Part shown: one piece after another, positions 63,047-64,000 of the stretch
Numbering within the stretch: the first letter of the stretch is position 1
How the letters are laid out: each line of letters starts with the position of its first letter
Notes under the pieces: model-generated
What the model was told of the DNA's origin: nothing
The model's database searches: none
What the model saw: the letters and a program-made list of their open reading frames with translations, nothing else
Made by a program: the position numbers and the translations under genes
NCBI RefSeq assembly: GCF_018350175.1
Contig: NC_058369.1
Span: 15,936,001 to 16,000,000 of the forward strand
DNA: 64,000 nucleotides
From: Felis catus
Lineage: Eukaryota
Direction of reading: 5' to 3'

Positions 63047-63557
63047 TATTCTTTTATTCAAAATGAGATTACAAGTGAATACCCGAGCTAAGGTTTATAG
63101 CTTACAGTCAGAGGCGAGTGAGGCTCTAGCACTCCTGATAGAAGGTTGGGATGGAGGGATAGAAATTCACAATGTCTGACTCTAACAGAGACTACTGTGC
63201 ACCTTCTAGAGACTCTCCTTCCTTAGGAGCCCCATCGTGTTTAGTAACAAAATCCTGGGCCAGGCAACGATATCCAGGCAAAGGAGGACTTTTTCCCGGC
63301 TTCCCTTGCTACTAGGTGTTACCAAGTCTGGACAATGAGAAGCGAACAGGAGAGTTATGTAGAACTTCTGCGGATTCTCCTTAAAATGAAGGCAGAGGTT
63401 ACCTTATTTTTTTTTTTTCTTCCTCACTTGCTCTTTCCTGTTGTTTGAATGTGGACACTGTGGCTGGGCACGTTTGAGACCACCCAGTGATCCCGGGGAC
63501 AGAAACTTTGTGTCAGAATGGTGGGGTAGAAAAAGGAGAAGTGATAACAACCCTCAG

Positions 63558-64000
63558 TATTGTTAAGATGGCAGGATTTCCCAAACTGAACTACAGATTC
63601 AGCTCAACCTCCATTAAACTCCTGCTGACATTCTTGCAGAAATTGACACACTGATCACAAAGTTGATATGGAAACGCAAGGACCCAGGACCGTCAGAACA
63701 ATCTTGAAAAAAAGAATAACCAAAGTTGAAGACTCACGCTTACTGATTTCAATACTTACTGTAAACTTTGGGTTAGGCAATGTTTTCTTAGATATGACAC
63801 CAAAAGCACCAAGAATAAAAAGAGAATGGATGAATTGAACTTTATCAAAATTAAAAAGATTTCTGTGCTACCAAAGACACCATCAAGAAAGCAGAAAGAC
63901 TTGCTTTCAAGAAACCCACAAAATGGGAGAAAATATTTGGATATAATTACCTAGTAAGAGACATGTACCCAGAATACCTAAAGAATGCCTACAACCAAAT
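63558..64000 (+). mobile_element. Old L1 ORF2 fragment with internal deletion, running off the window
   Basis: tattgttaagatggca..ttgcagaaattgac..cacaaaatgggagaaaatattt. Confidence 0.85.

Overview
Mammalian, repeat-dense DNA from a felid, very likely domestic cat, inferred from about 50 tRNA-derived CAN-SINEs, ten of them near-identical young cat-type copies. It also holds young and old L1s, HAL1, L2, MIR, MER5 and several ERVL/MaLR solo LTRs. I found no intact protein-coding gene; almost all track ORFs are repeat-derived or chance. The main hidden feature is a heavily decayed, intronless multi-Tudor-domain gene fossil on the minus strand (about 15540 to 7800). It has roughly 6-7 extended-Tudor-like repeats resembling the TDRD15/TDRD6 piRNA-pathway scaffolds and is split by an ancient HAL1 and four SINEs. 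A candidate minus-strand TATA/C-EBP promoter with a CTCF-like site lies at about 4.7-5.5 kb, and a G-rich 10-bp minisatellite at about 55.1-55.5 kb. Repeat family names and protein similarities come from recalled consensus motifs, not from a database search.
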